This document shows positions 9,821-18,814 of a stretch of 36,644 bases of DNA, in pieces; positions within the stretch are counted from its first letter, which is position 1; the number at the start of each line of letters is the position of its first letter. Made by a program: the position numbers and the translations under genes. This stretch comes from Mycobacterium sp. (lineage in GTDB: Bacteria; Actinomycetota; Actinomycetes; Mycobacteriales; Mycobacteriaceae), in NCBI GenBank assembly GCA_039935195.1, contig JBDTKT010000225.1:1-36644 (forward strand). The letters run 5' to 3'. The notes under the pieces are model-generated. The model saw only the letters and a list, made by a program, of their open reading frames with translations, did not search any database and was not told the origin of the DNA.

Positions 9821-11251
9821 TGTCATCCCTCAGCACATCGGTGACGGTTCTGTGTCAGGACATCGGTGACACAATCGGGGTGTTTGGTGGTGACACTTCT
9901 GGCTGTGTTTGAGCGGTGCCTACCGCTAATGAACCCGTTGATCCTCGTGTCCGTCTCGCGATCACGCAGTGGCCTGATGACGCGCCGCGCGGCGCGGTAA
10001 CGACGTTCTGTGCCGAGCATCAGATCTCCCGCAAGACGTTCTATGCGATCCTGGCCAGGACCCGCACCGACGGCGCGGCCGCGGCCCTGGACCCGCGCAG
10101 CCGACGGCCGCGCAGCAGTCGACCCAACTCGCCGACGAGGTCAGGACGCAGGCACTGGCTGTGCGCGCCGTGCTGGAGTCGTGCGGCTTGGACCACGGGC
10201 CGATCAGCGTCCACGACAAGATGCACGCGATGGGACTGGAGTCGGTGCCCTCGGTCGCCTCGCTGGCCCGGATCTTCCGCCAGGCAGGCGTGTCCAAAGC
10301 TGAGCCGAAGAAGAAGCCCCGCTCGGCCTGGCGCCGGTTCGTCTATCCCGCGCCGAACGCGTGCTGGCAGCTCGACGCCACCGGATACGTGCTCACTGGC
10401 GGACGTGAGTGTGTGATCTTCCAACTCATCGATGATCACTCCCGCTACGCGGGCGCCTCCCAGGTGGCCTGGGGTGAGACCACCGAGGCGGCGATCGCGG
10501 CGTTCAACAAGGCCGTCGCCGCCCACGGTGTGCCCCAACGACTCTTGTCGGACGACGGGATCGCGCTCAACCCCTCGCGGCGTGGATACCAGGGCCGCCT
10601 CGTCACACACGTCTCGCGCCTGGGGGTGCAAGCGATCACCGGCAAGCGGTACAAGCCGACCACCCAGGGCAAAAACGAACGATTCCACCAGACCTTGTTC
10701 CGCTACCTGGACAAGCAACCGCTCGCGAGCTCGCTGGCCGAACTACAGGCCCAGATCGACGCCTTCGACGACATCTACAACAACGAACGCCCCCACCAGG
10801 GGCTACCTGGTCGCGTCACACCGCGCACAGCATGGGAAGCCACCCCGAAAGCCGAGGCCCCTCACCCTAAGCCCGATCCGCCCTTGTCGTCCAAGCCGCA
10901 GCCAAGCGATTCCAGCCGGCGCCGGCACCGAAGGACCTCCCCGCCGGCACCCACGTCACGACGCTGACCAGCGCCGCGCGTTCACCGTCGCCGGAGTCCG
11001 CTACCAAGTCGACGGCCGGCGCGGTTTCGAACAGGTCTTGGTCGTCATCGACGGTGACACGATCACCGTGGCCGACCTGGACGGCGAGGTCCTCATCGAG
11101 CACACCCGGCCCGCACCGGGGGTGAGATATATCGGCAACGGAAGAGCCCGCGGCCCGCGGCAAAACCGATGAAACGTCACCGAAGTCCCGACACACCAAC
11201 TGTCACCCATGTCCTGATGCACAACTGTCACCGATGTCCTGAGACATCACA
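9821..11251 (+). mobile_element. IS481-family insertion sequence (degenerate)
   Basis: TGT...ACA termini; imperfect ~50-bp inverted repeats (TGTCATCCCTCAGCACATCGGTGAC vs reverse complement TGTGATGTCTCAGGACATCGGTGAC) with internal ~25-bp-spaced CAGGACATCGGTGAC motifs. No target-site duplication visible. Confidence 0.9.
9916..11172 (+). pseudogene. IS481-family DDE transposase, frameshifted
   Basis: HTH N-terminus (FCAEHQISRKTFY) in one frame; core WQLDAT..IDDHSR..LSDDG..TQGKNERFHQT..YNNERPHQGL in a second; C-terminus in further frames. About 3 frameshifts (~10120, ~10890, ~10975). Confidence 0.88.
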
Positions 11252-11530
11252 CCCCGACGACGAAGTCCGCACCGAGCAAAGCCGAGGCGAACAATATCCG
11301 GCGGAATGCAGGTCCGACGATGACTCGCCACGACACCAGCAGGCCACCCAGCCGACGATCCCGGCCAGACACACGGGGGTTGCAGTGGTCAGCGTGCATG
11401 CCACCAACACCACCACGACCGTGGTCCAGGTGCGGCGGATGCTCACACCGAGGCAACGGGTGTCCTCGTCGCCAGCAGCCAGCACCGTCACCGGCCAGCG
11501 CGCCGACAGCGCCCGAGCGACACGGCGATG
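11252..11530 (-). pseudogene. FecCD-family iron/cobalamin ABC permease fragment, cut by the IS
   Basis: Joining two frames gives VLAAGDEDTRCLGVSIRR..CTLTTATPVCLAGIVGWV/GLLVSWRVIVGPAFRRILFASALLGADFVVGV, which matches the FecCD EAA loop (GDE.A..LGV) and the GWVGL..VGP..R.L..SALLGA segment. Confidence 0.7.
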
Positions 11531-11835
11531 ATCTTTGAAGGATTCAGTCGAGGGCGACATCTGCTTTCGTCGAGTCGGCATGGTGCACTGACTGTCGCAG
11601 CATCTGTGCTCGCCGGCCCAGGTTCAGGTGCTCGATCTAGCTACTTCGGCCTTAGCGCAAGCTTTATTAGTGTTGGAGCGCAACCGAACCGCGACCTTCG
11701 CGGCGTACCCACAGCCAGCCGGAACCATCGAAGGATGAACACCAACACCAGGCCTAAGCAGTCACCTTTCAGATGCCTTGAAGGCGTTCAGAATTCACCT
11801 GCCGTTGACGCGGCGCTGCCGTGACGCCGCTGATC

Positions 11836-12046
11836 GGGCGTGTAGCGTAGGGCCGGGTGAAATCAGGCTCAGACATTGATTACCAGCGTGACGCGGGTGA
11901 TGGTCAGGGCATGGGCCGAGCGACCCTTCCAACAAGATCATCGGTAAGCCGTGTACGGGAAAACCACACTCGCTCTTTGAGATACGGATTGAAAGGGGGA
12001 TGGGGCACGGATTCGCTTCGCGGCGGCCGCGCCCCTGACAACCAAT
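11836..12046 (+). ncRNA. internally deleted group II intron remnant (5' start of domain I fused to domains V-VI)
   Basis: DV-like AAGCCGTGTACGGGAAAACCACAC..TACGGATT at 11946-11990 (AGC triad, GAAA-type loop). DVI-like GGGGC..GCCCC stem ending ACCAAT. The 5' part GGGCGTGTAGCGTAGGGCCGGGTGAAATCAGG resembles GUGYG-type intron starts. Confidence 0.65.
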
Positions 12047-12878
12047 GACAAATTTCACCGGACCCACCTTGACGCGCCGGATGCTCACCAAGGTGCCCGC
12101 GATCACGGTCTTCTTCTGGATCGTGAAGATCCTCGCCACCACCGTCGGCGAGACTGCGGCCGACTACTTGAACATCGCGCTCGGGTTAGGCTTGCTCGTC
12201 ACATCAATCGTGATAGCCATCGCCCTGACCGTCACCCTGGTGTTCCAATTCCGGGCACGAAAGTACGTGCCCTGGCTGTACTGGCTCGCGGTGGTGCTGA
12301 TCAGCATCGTCGGCACGCTGATCACCGACAACCTCACCGACAATCTCGGTGTGCCGCTGGAGATCTCGACCTCCGTCTTCGCCGTCGCGTTGGCCGTCAC
12401 CTTCGCCATCTGGCACCGCCGGGAAGGCACGCTGGCGATCCACAGCATCTACACCACGCGTCGCGAGGGCTTCTACTGGCTGGCGATCTTGTTCACGTTC
12501 GCGCTGGGCACCGCCTTCGGTGACATGATCGCCGAGAAGTTCGCCCTCGGCTACCCCCTCTCGCTGCTGCTGTTCGTCGGCCTCTTCGTCCTCGTTGCCG
12601 CCGCGTATTTCGTGGTGCACATCAACGCCGTCCTCGCATTCTGGATCGCCTACATCCTTACCCGCCCGATGGGCGCTTCGCTCGGCGATCTACTGTCCCA
12701 GCCGCGCGACAGCGGCGGCCTGGGCGTCGGCACCACCTGGACCAGTGTCGTCTTCTTGACGGTGATCGTCGCTCTGGTCTGGTACCTGAGCATCAGCAAG
12801 CGCGACGTGTTCCCACCACCAGCCGCTGAGGCGGGCGACATCGATCCGGCGCGATCGAGTGCGCTCGAGGCTGAATGA
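12045..12878 (+). CDS. COG4705 / DUF347 repeat membrane protein
   Basis: KVPAITVFFWIVKILATTVGETAADYL, GTLITDNLTD, FALGTAFGD, AFWIAYILTRPMGASLGDLL; multiple TM helices. Confidence 0.85.
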   Translation: MTNFTGPTLTRRMLTKVPAITVFFWIVKILATTVGETAADYLNIALGLGLLVTSIVIAIALTVTLVFQFRARKYVPWLYWLAVVLISIVGTLITDNLTDNLGVPLEISTSVFAVALAVTFAIWHRREGTLAIHSIYTTRREGFYWLAILFTFALGTAFGDMIAEKFALGYPLSLLLFVGLFVLVAAAYFVVHINAVLAFWIAYILTRPMGASLGDLLSQPRDSGGLGVGTTWTSVVFLTVIVALVWYLSISKRDVFPPPAAEAGDIDPARSSALEAE

Positions 12879-13016
12879 TCGGTGTCCCCGTCAAGCTAAT
12901 CAACGGGGATATCGGCCGGCGGCCGCAGTCGCGACTTCCGCAGCCTCGCGCACCGGCAAGCACCTCCGACTCGGCCTGGTACCGGTGCAACCGCCAGTTC
13001 GAGGCCTTGCCGTGGG

Positions 13017-13237
13017 CTAACGAGCGAGCCGCCGGCGCAGCCGGTCGGCGCTCGCGCTAACCACATCCGGCTGCTTGGTGACCTGTCCGAATAGGCGCGG
13101 TACCGCTGCGGGCGTAACGAGGACACCGAAGCTTCGACGGTGAGGGCGTTCCGCACTTCCGGTGTCAATTCGGTGCTGATTGCGGCGAGTTCCGCCCGTC
13201 CGACTCCGCGCTCCGCCGCCGCCCCGGCAACCTCGTG
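13017..13237 (-). pseudogene. argH: decayed 3' fragment of argininosuccinate lyase
   Basis: [38 protein letters not shown], then shifted frames ARSGTAP and QVTKQ..ADRLRRRLAR*, matching the mycobacterial ArgH C-terminus with small deletions and frameshifts. Confidence 0.7.
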
Positions 13238-13254
13238 GATGACCTTGGGCACCG

Positions 13255-13656
13255 CGGGTCGGACTATGTCATCGAACCTGAAATGTCCGTGCCGAAAAGA
13301 TCATCTGCTTAAGACGTTTTGGGGCTGGAAAGACCAACAGTTGGCCAACGGCACCCTGATCTGGACCTCGCCGACGGGGCAGACCTACATCACCACTCCC
13401 GGCAGCGCGCTGCTGTTTCCCCCAGTTGTGTGTGCCCACGGGTGAACTGGTAAAACCCGCTGCACCGCTGGCCGATCGCTGCACCGACCGCGCCGCGATG
13501 ATGCCCCAACGTCGCCGCAGCCGCGCTGAATACCACGCTCGCTACGTCGCCGCCGAACGCCGGCAGAACCGGAAGGCCCGCGAAGCCCGACATGCCACCC
13601 AGGCACCCTCACTGACGCCCACCAACTACCCCGACGACGACCCACCGCCTTTCTAG
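13255..13656 (+). pseudogene. 13E12-repeat/DUF222 HNH endonuclease-like protein, 3' fragment
   Basis: [50 protein letters not shown], frameshift near 13420, then MMPQRRRSRA...DDDPPPF*, the typical family C-terminus. Confidence 0.85.
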
Positions 13657-13662
13657 CGGCGC

Positions 13663-14253
13663 TCAGTCCTGGTAGATGCGCGGGTCCAGGGTGCCGATGT
13701 AGGGCAGGTCACGGTAACGCTCCAGGTAGTCCAGGCCGTACCCGACCACGAACTCGTTGGGGATGTCGAAGCCCACATAGGCGATGTCCACGCCGACGCC
13801 CACCGCGTCCGGCTTGCGCAGCAGCGTGCACACCCGCAGTGATCGCGGCCGCCGGGTGGCCAGGTTGCGTAGCAGCCACGACAGCGTCAGCCCGGAGTCG
13901 ACGACGTCCTCGACGATCAGCACGTCGCGGCCGCTGATGTCGCGGTCGAGGTCCTTGAGGATCCGCACCACCCCCGACGACGACGTCGAGGAACCGTAGG
14001 AACTGACCGCCATGAACTCGAATTGGGTGGGCAGCGGGACCGCCCGGGCCAGGTCCGTGACGAAGAGCACCGCGCCCTTGAGCACGGTGATCAACAGCAG
14101 ATCCCCGGTCTCGTCGGACTCGCGGCCGTCGGCGTAGTCCGCGGCGATCTGCGCCCCGAGTTCAGCGGTGCGGGTACGAATCTGCTGCTCGGTCAACAGG
14201 ACCGATTCGATGTCACCCGCGTACAACTCCGACGAAGTCACCGTCACGACCAC
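13663..14253 (-). CDS. hpt: hypoxanthine-guanine phosphoribosyltransferase
   Basis: [16 protein letters not shown]-binding [23 protein letters not shown]. Exact start uncertain. Confidence 0.96.
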   Translation of the reverse strand: MVVTVTSSELYAGDIESVLLTEQQIRTRTAELGAQIAADYADGRESDETGDLLLITVLKGAVLFVTDLARAVPLPTQFEFMAVSSYGSSTSSSGVVRILKDLDRDISGRDVLIVEDVVDSGLTLSWLLRNLATRRPRSLRVCTLLRKPDAVGVGVDIAYVGFDIPNEFVVGYGLDYLERYRDLPYIGTLDPRIYQD

Positions 14254-14304
14254 AGCGTGCCATGCGCCGACCCGACAACCAACTGCCGGCAGCCGAGAGC
14301 GTGC

Positions 14305-15267
14305 TCAGATCGGTTCGGGTCGCAGCTGTAGCCACCCGTCACGGCGGCCGGCGACCAGGCGCTGGCCGTGCAGCGTCGACCCGACCGCAACCCCGCCCTG
14401 CCCGCGCCACCCGGTGACCAGTCGGTCTACCCCGCGGATCTGCCGATCGGTCAGCCCCAGGGCGCCGCCGGCGCGCAACCAGCGCCGGATCACCGTCCGC
14501 CGCACCGGGCCGGGCAATTCCACCAGCGTGGCGGTGTCGAGCCCGGCCCCTGCCGCCGCAGCCGGCAGCGCCTGCTCAGCCAGGGCCTCGATCAACTCGG
14601 TGTTCTCCCGCAGCGAGGTGGCAGTGCGGCTGAGCGCCTCGGCAACCCCGCCGCCCAGCACGTCCTCGAGCAGCGGCAGCACTTCGGCGCGCAAGCGGCT
14701 ACGAGTGAAACGACGGTCGGTGTTGTGCGGGTCCTGCCACGGTGTCAGCCCGAGTTCTGTGCAGGCGGCGCCGGTCACGGCACGCCGCACCCCCAGCAAC
14801 GGCCGGCACCACGGCGGGTCGGACGGGCGCATCCCGGCCATTGAGCGGGCACCCGAACCGCGACCCAGCCCGAGCAGCACCGTCTCGGCCTGGTCGTCGA
14901 GGGTGTGGCCCAGCAGCACCGGGTTGCCCTCGCGGGCGTCGTCCAATGCGGCGTAGCGGGCGGCGCGGGCCGCCGCCTCCGGGCCGCCGGCGGAGCCGAC
15001 AGCGACCCGGATGACCTGTGCGTCGACGCATCCGAGGTCGACCGCCCGGGCCTGTGCGGTGGCCGCCACCTGTGCGGAATCGGGTTGCAGACCGTGGTCG
15101 ACGATCAGTGCCACGGTGGGCAGCAGGCCGGCGGCCACCGCGGTCAGCGCCAAGGAGTCCGGGCCACCGGAGAGCGCAACCGACCAGCGTTCGACGGCGG
15201 GCAGGTGCGTCTCGGCGAAGGCGGCGACCGCCCCGCGCAGCCGCGCTACAGCACCCTGTCGATCCAC
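14305..15267 (-). CDS. tilS: tRNA(Ile)-lysidine synthetase
   Basis: PP-loop ALSGGPDS, VDHGLQ, EAAARAARY, GHTLDDQAET, RPLL. Confidence 0.95.
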   Translation of the reverse strand: MDRQGAVARLRGAVAAFAETHLPAVERWSVALSGGPDSLALTAVAAGLLPTVALIVDHGLQPDSAQVAATAQARAVDLGCVDAQVIRVAVGSAGGPEAAARAARYAALDDAREGNPVLLGHTLDDQAETVLLGLGRGSGARSMAGMRPSDPPWCRPLLGVRRAVTGAACTELGLTPWQDPHNTDRRFTRSRLRAEVLPLLEDVLGGGVAEALSRTATSLRENTELIEALAEQALPAAAAGAGLDTATLVELPGPVRRTVIRRWLRAGGALGLTDRQIRGVDRLVTGWRGQGGVAVGSTLHGQRLVAGRRDGWLQLRPEPI

Positions 15268-16325
15268 CGCTGCGGCTCTTCGATCTCGGCGGGCAGCGGC
15301 AGGGTCTGCGGATTCGTCCAGACCGCGTTGAACCGGTCCATCCCGACCCGGCCCACCACGTCATCGACGAATGCCTTGCCGCGGGTGTACTGGCTGAGCT
15401 TGGCGTCGATACCCAACAGCGCCCGCAGCAGTCGCTGCAGCGGCGACTGGCGACGATGGCGGCGTTCATCGAAGCGGCGCCGGATGGTCTCCACCGACGG
15501 CACCGCCGTCGGTCCCACCGCATCCATCACATGGTCGGCGTGGCCCTCCAGCAGCGTGCCGAGCGTCAGCAACTGATCCAGTGCAGTGCGCTGTGCCTGC
15601 GATTGCACGGCGCGCACCAGCCCGAGAATCCCCGGCGGGTGAGCGGCATCGCCACCGTCGCGGCGGCTCCGGACGTAGTCGGCGAGCCCCCCCACCACCG
15701 CCATGGCCTCGGGGCCGCTTTCGGTGGTCAGCACCGCCAACGCCTCAGTCATGTAACCCGACAACCAGGGGTTGACGGTGAACTGCACGCGGTGGGTCAC
15801 CTCGTGCAGGCACACCCACAGCCGGAAATCGGCCGGCACCACCCGCAGTTGGCGTTCGACGGCGATCACGTTGGGGTACACCAGCAGCAGTAGGCCACCG
15901 CCATCGGCGCTGTCGGCACAGAACGGGTCGTACTGGCCGAGAATGCCCGACGACACGAACGCCAGCAGCGCACCCGTCTGCGCCCCGGCCACCCGGCCGG
16001 TGACAACACTGCTGGGCTGGCCGGTCCCGCCGGTCATCACCCGCATCGACTCGGCCGCCGCGCTGATCCACTGCGGCCGATCGACGATCCGGGCTTCGGC
16101 CACCGCGCCGTCGGCACCCAGCCCGGTGACCGCACGCACCAGCGGTTCGGCGGCGCGGGCGGAACCGCTCAGCTCCTCGATGACCTGGCGGCGGGTGTAC
16201 TCGGTGGTGGGCGGTGCCGATCTGGCCAGCCAACCGCCGACGGTGGCGGCAAACCGCCAGTCCACCGAATTCCCGATGTCCGGGCCGGGCGAGCCCGCGG
16301 CGTCGGTGCCCTCGCTGGCGGACAT
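15246..16325 (-). CDS. zinc-dependent metalloprotease-like protein (Rv3626c/DUF2342)
   Basis: ILGQYDPF, WVCLHEVTHRVQF (HEXXH), LLEGHADHVMD; coupled to the dacB stop. Confidence 0.88.
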   Translation of the reverse strand: MSASEGTDAAGSPGPDIGNSVDWRFAATVGGWLARSAPPTTEYTRRQVIEELSGSARAAEPLVRAVTGLGADGAVAEARIVDRPQWISAAAESMRVMTGGTGQPSSVVTGRVAGAQTGALLAFVSSGILGQYDPFCADSADGGGLLLLVYPNVIAVERQLRVVPADFRLWVCLHEVTHRVQFTVNPWLSGYMTEALAVLTTESGPEAMAVVGGLADYVRSRRDGGDAAHPPGILGLVRAVQSQAQRTALDQLLTLGTLLEGHADHVMDAVGPTAVPSVETIRRRFDERRHRRQSPLQRLLRALLGIDAKLSQYTRGKAFVDDVVGRVGMDRFNAVWTNPQTLPLPAEIEEPQRWIDRVL

Positions 16326-17707
16326 CAACGGCACCCGCACGAGCGCAGGGTCGCGGCCACGGCATCGATCGCTGTGCGGCCGGTGGGACCCGCATCGTTG
16401 GAGATGAACGCGAACGTCAACACCCGAAAGTCCCGGTCGGTGACGATGCCGGCCAACGCGTTGGTTCGGGTCAGCGAACCGGTTTTGGCCCGCAGCCAGC
16501 CAGCCGGGCCGCCCTGGCCGGCGGCCGGGTTGAGGAAACGCTCGGAGAGCGTGCCGCTGCCCCCGGCGACCGGCAGCATGTCCAGCAGCGGGCGCAGCTC
16601 CGGTCGTCCGGGTCCGGCCGCGGCCTGCACCACCGCGTCGAGGGTCCGGGCCGCCAGTCGGTCGTCGATGGACAGGCCGCTGGAGTCCTGCAGCGCAGCG
16701 CCGCCCACCTCGATGTCCGCGGTGGCCAACCGGTCGATGACCGCGTCGACCGCACCCGCGAACGAGCGCGGCCGCCCCATGGCGGCCGCCACCTCCCGGC
16801 CGATGCACTCGGCCATCACGTTGTCCGAGGCGTTCATCATCTCGCCCAGTCGAATGATCAGCGGCGCCGACTGCACCGAGCCCAGCTCACGTCCGGTCGC
16901 CGGACCGGTGGCGATTGCCACCCGGCCGGGGTCGATCCCCAGCGCGGCCGCCAGGGCGCGCCCAGCGTCCAGCGCCGGCGTCAGCGACCGCCGGGACTCC
17001 ACCGTCGTCGGCTGGATCCGGCCGGCATCGACCATCACCGATTCGATCGGGGCGATGTCGCCGCCGCCGATGTCCAGCGGGTCCCAGCCCGCAGCCATGG
17101 TCGGGCCGCCGAACGCCGAGGTGTCCACCTGGACCTCCGTCGCCGTCACCCCGCTGCGGCGGACCTGATCGGCGAGGTCCCTGATCCGTGCGGCGTTCCG
17201 ATACCAGGTGTCCGCATCGGCCGGGGCCGACGACAGCGTCGGGTCGCCGTCGCCGACCAGCACCACGACCCCGGGCGCATCGCCGGCCGCCACCCGGGTG
17301 CTGACCCGGGCATCGCGGTCGAGCGCCAGCAGCGCCGCGGCCGCGGTCAGCACCTTGTTGGTCGACGCCGGCTGCATCGGCACGTCATCCTGCTCCGCCC
17401 ACAGGGTTTTACCGGTGATCGCGTCGGTGATCCGGCCGCCCAGCCGGCCCAGGTTGGTGTCGGCCGACGGAGCCGACAGCACCGCGGCCAGCCCACTGAC
17501 GGTGGGCGTCGGCGCGATGTCGGCGACCGGAACCACCTCCGGGCGCACCGTCGCCACCGACGGCGCCGGCAGGGTTCTTCGGGCACCGTCGGTGCGGGCA
17601 TCCGCCGGGAGCAGGAACGCAGCCGTGGCCACCACGGCGGCAACCAGCACCAGCACCGACGCCGCAATTCCCAGATGGGTTGAACGTCGCCACCGAGTGG
17701 GGTGCAT
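16325..17707 (-). CDS. dacB: D-alanyl-D-alanine carboxypeptidase/endopeptidase, peptidase S13 (Rv3627c-like)
   Basis: PASTNK (SxxK), SDN (SxN), AKTGSL (KTG), GDGDPTL; N-terminal TM segment. Confidence 0.92.
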   Translation of the reverse strand: MHPTRWRRSTHLGIAASVLVLVAAVVATAAFLLPADARTDGARRTLPAPSVATVRPEVVPVADIAPTPTVSGLAAVLSAPSADTNLGRLGGRITDAITGKTLWAEQDDVPMQPASTNKVLTAAAALLALDRDARVSTRVAAGDAPGVVVLVGDGDPTLSSAPADADTWYRNAARIRDLADQVRRSGVTATEVQVDTSAFGGPTMAAGWDPLDIGGGDIAPIESVMVDAGRIQPTTVESRRSLTPALDAGRALAAALGIDPGRVAIATGPATGRELGSVQSAPLIIRLGEMMNASDNVMAECIGREVAAAMGRPRSFAGAVDAVIDRLATADIEVGGAALQDSSGLSIDDRLAARTLDAVVQAAAGPGRPELRPLLDMLPVAGGSGTLSERFLNPAAGQGGPAGWLRAKTGSLTRTNALAGIVTDRDFRVLTFAFISNDAGPTGRTAIDAVAATLRSCGCR

Positions 17708-17870
17708 GTCTCTCCTGCCTGTCGGGCCCAATTGTGCCGGACCGCCGTCCCGGCGCGCCGCGGAATGGCGCGGCGGCGATCCGGACTGCGTTAGGGTGGG
17801 CCTCCGGCGCGCAGCGCGTCACCATACACTCATCAAGAATTCGTCCAGCCCAGCCCAAGGAGCCGACCCG

Positions 17871-18359
17871 GTGCAATTCGACGTGACCATCGAGATTCCC
17901 AAGGGCCAGCGCAACAAGTACGAGATCGACCACGCCACCGGGCGGCTCCGACTGGACCGCTACCTGTACACGTCGATGGGCTATCCCGCCGACTACGGCT
18001 TCATCGACGACACCCTCGGCGAGGACGGCGACCCGCTGGACGTGATGCTGCTGCTGCCGGAGTCGGTGTTCCCCGGCGTGCTGGTGGCGGCCCGCCCGGT
18101 CGGGATGTTCCGGATGACCGACGAGAAAGGCGGCGACGACAAGGTGCTGTGCGTACCGGCCGGGGACCACCGCTGGGATCACATCGCCGACATCGGCGAC
18201 GTGGCGTCTCACGAACTGGATGTGATCAAGCATTTCTTCGTGCACTACAAGGACCTGGAGCCGGGCAAGTTCGTGAAGGCCGCCGACTGGGTGGGCCGCG
18301 CCGAAGCCGAGGCCGAGATCGAGCGCTCGATCGAGCGGTTCAAAGCCACCGGGCACTGA
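17871..18359 (+). CDS. ppa: inorganic pyrophosphatase
   Basis: [44 protein letters not shown]; AAGGAG RBS upstream. Confidence 0.97.
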   Translation: MQFDVTIEIPKGQRNKYEIDHATGRLRLDRYLYTSMGYPADYGFIDDTLGEDGDPLDVMLLLPESVFPGVLVAARPVGMFRMTDEKGGDDKVLCVPAGDHRWDHIADIGDVASHELDVIKHFFVHYKDLEPGKFVKAADWVGRAEAEAEIERSIERFKATGH

Positions 18360-18367
18360 CCTCACCG

Positions 18368-18814
18368 ATGGCCCAACGCGAGGAACCATCGCGGGGATTC
18401 CTGGACCCGGTGGCCAAGATGCTCCGGTTGCCGTTCGGTACCCCGGAGTTCATCGACCGGATCATCACCGGCAGCGTGAACCAGGTCGGCCGCCGGACGC
18501 TGTACACGCTGATCAGCGCCTGGGATCTCGCCGGTGGCGGTCCGTTCGCCGCCGGCGCTGTCGCCGGTACCGGCCTGGCCAAAACCGTCGAGGTGGTGCA
18601 AGGCCAGTTCATCGGCCCGGTGTTCGACCCGGTGCTGCGCGCACTGGGCGTCGATCAGGTGCTGCTGCGCGCTTCGCTGTGTTCCTCGCAACTGGTCGGC
18701 CTGGGCGTCATGCGCTACGGGGTGCGGGTCGAGCCGATCCATTCCATGGACGTCGACAAACTCGTCGATGCGGTAGGCCCGACACTGCAGCGCTACCTCG
18801 TCGGCGACATCTAA
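18368..18814 (+). CDS. protein resembling a TetR-family C-terminal domain, with no HTH
   Basis: C-terminus LRASLCSSQLVGLGVMRYGVRVEPIHSMDVDKLVDAVGPTLQRYL resembles the actinobacterial TetR C-terminal domain. 148 aa with no recognisable DNA-binding HTH. Confidence 0.65.
   Translation: MAQREEPSRGFLDPVAKMLRLPFGTPEFIDRIITGSVNQVGRRTLYTLISAWDLAGGGPFAAGAVAGTGLAKTVEVVQGQFIGPVFDPVLRALGVDQVLLRASLCSSQLVGLGVMRYGVRVEPIHSMDVDKLVDAVGPTLQRYLVGDI

Noticed and set aside
9831-9896. Regularly spaced CATCGGTGAC repeats (also 11176-11242) resembling a mini-CRISPR
   Set aside because: Only 2-3 copies with ~10-bp spacers, inverted between the two sites and no cas genes; they are IS481 terminal motifs.
10100-10140. 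Programmed frameshift in the transposase
   Set aside because: No slippery A-run is visible, IS481 transposases are normally single ORFs, and further frameshifts indicate decay.
11528-11824. 98-aa ORF as a 5' exon joined to the COG4705 gene by splicing
   Set aside because: It ends in TGA before the presumed 5' splice site, with a second in-frame TGA following, and the remnant's DV is disrupted.
17208-17870. Long N-terminal extension on ppa (383-aa ORF)
   Set aside because: It overlaps dacB on the opposite strand; the RBS and family start are at GTG 17871.
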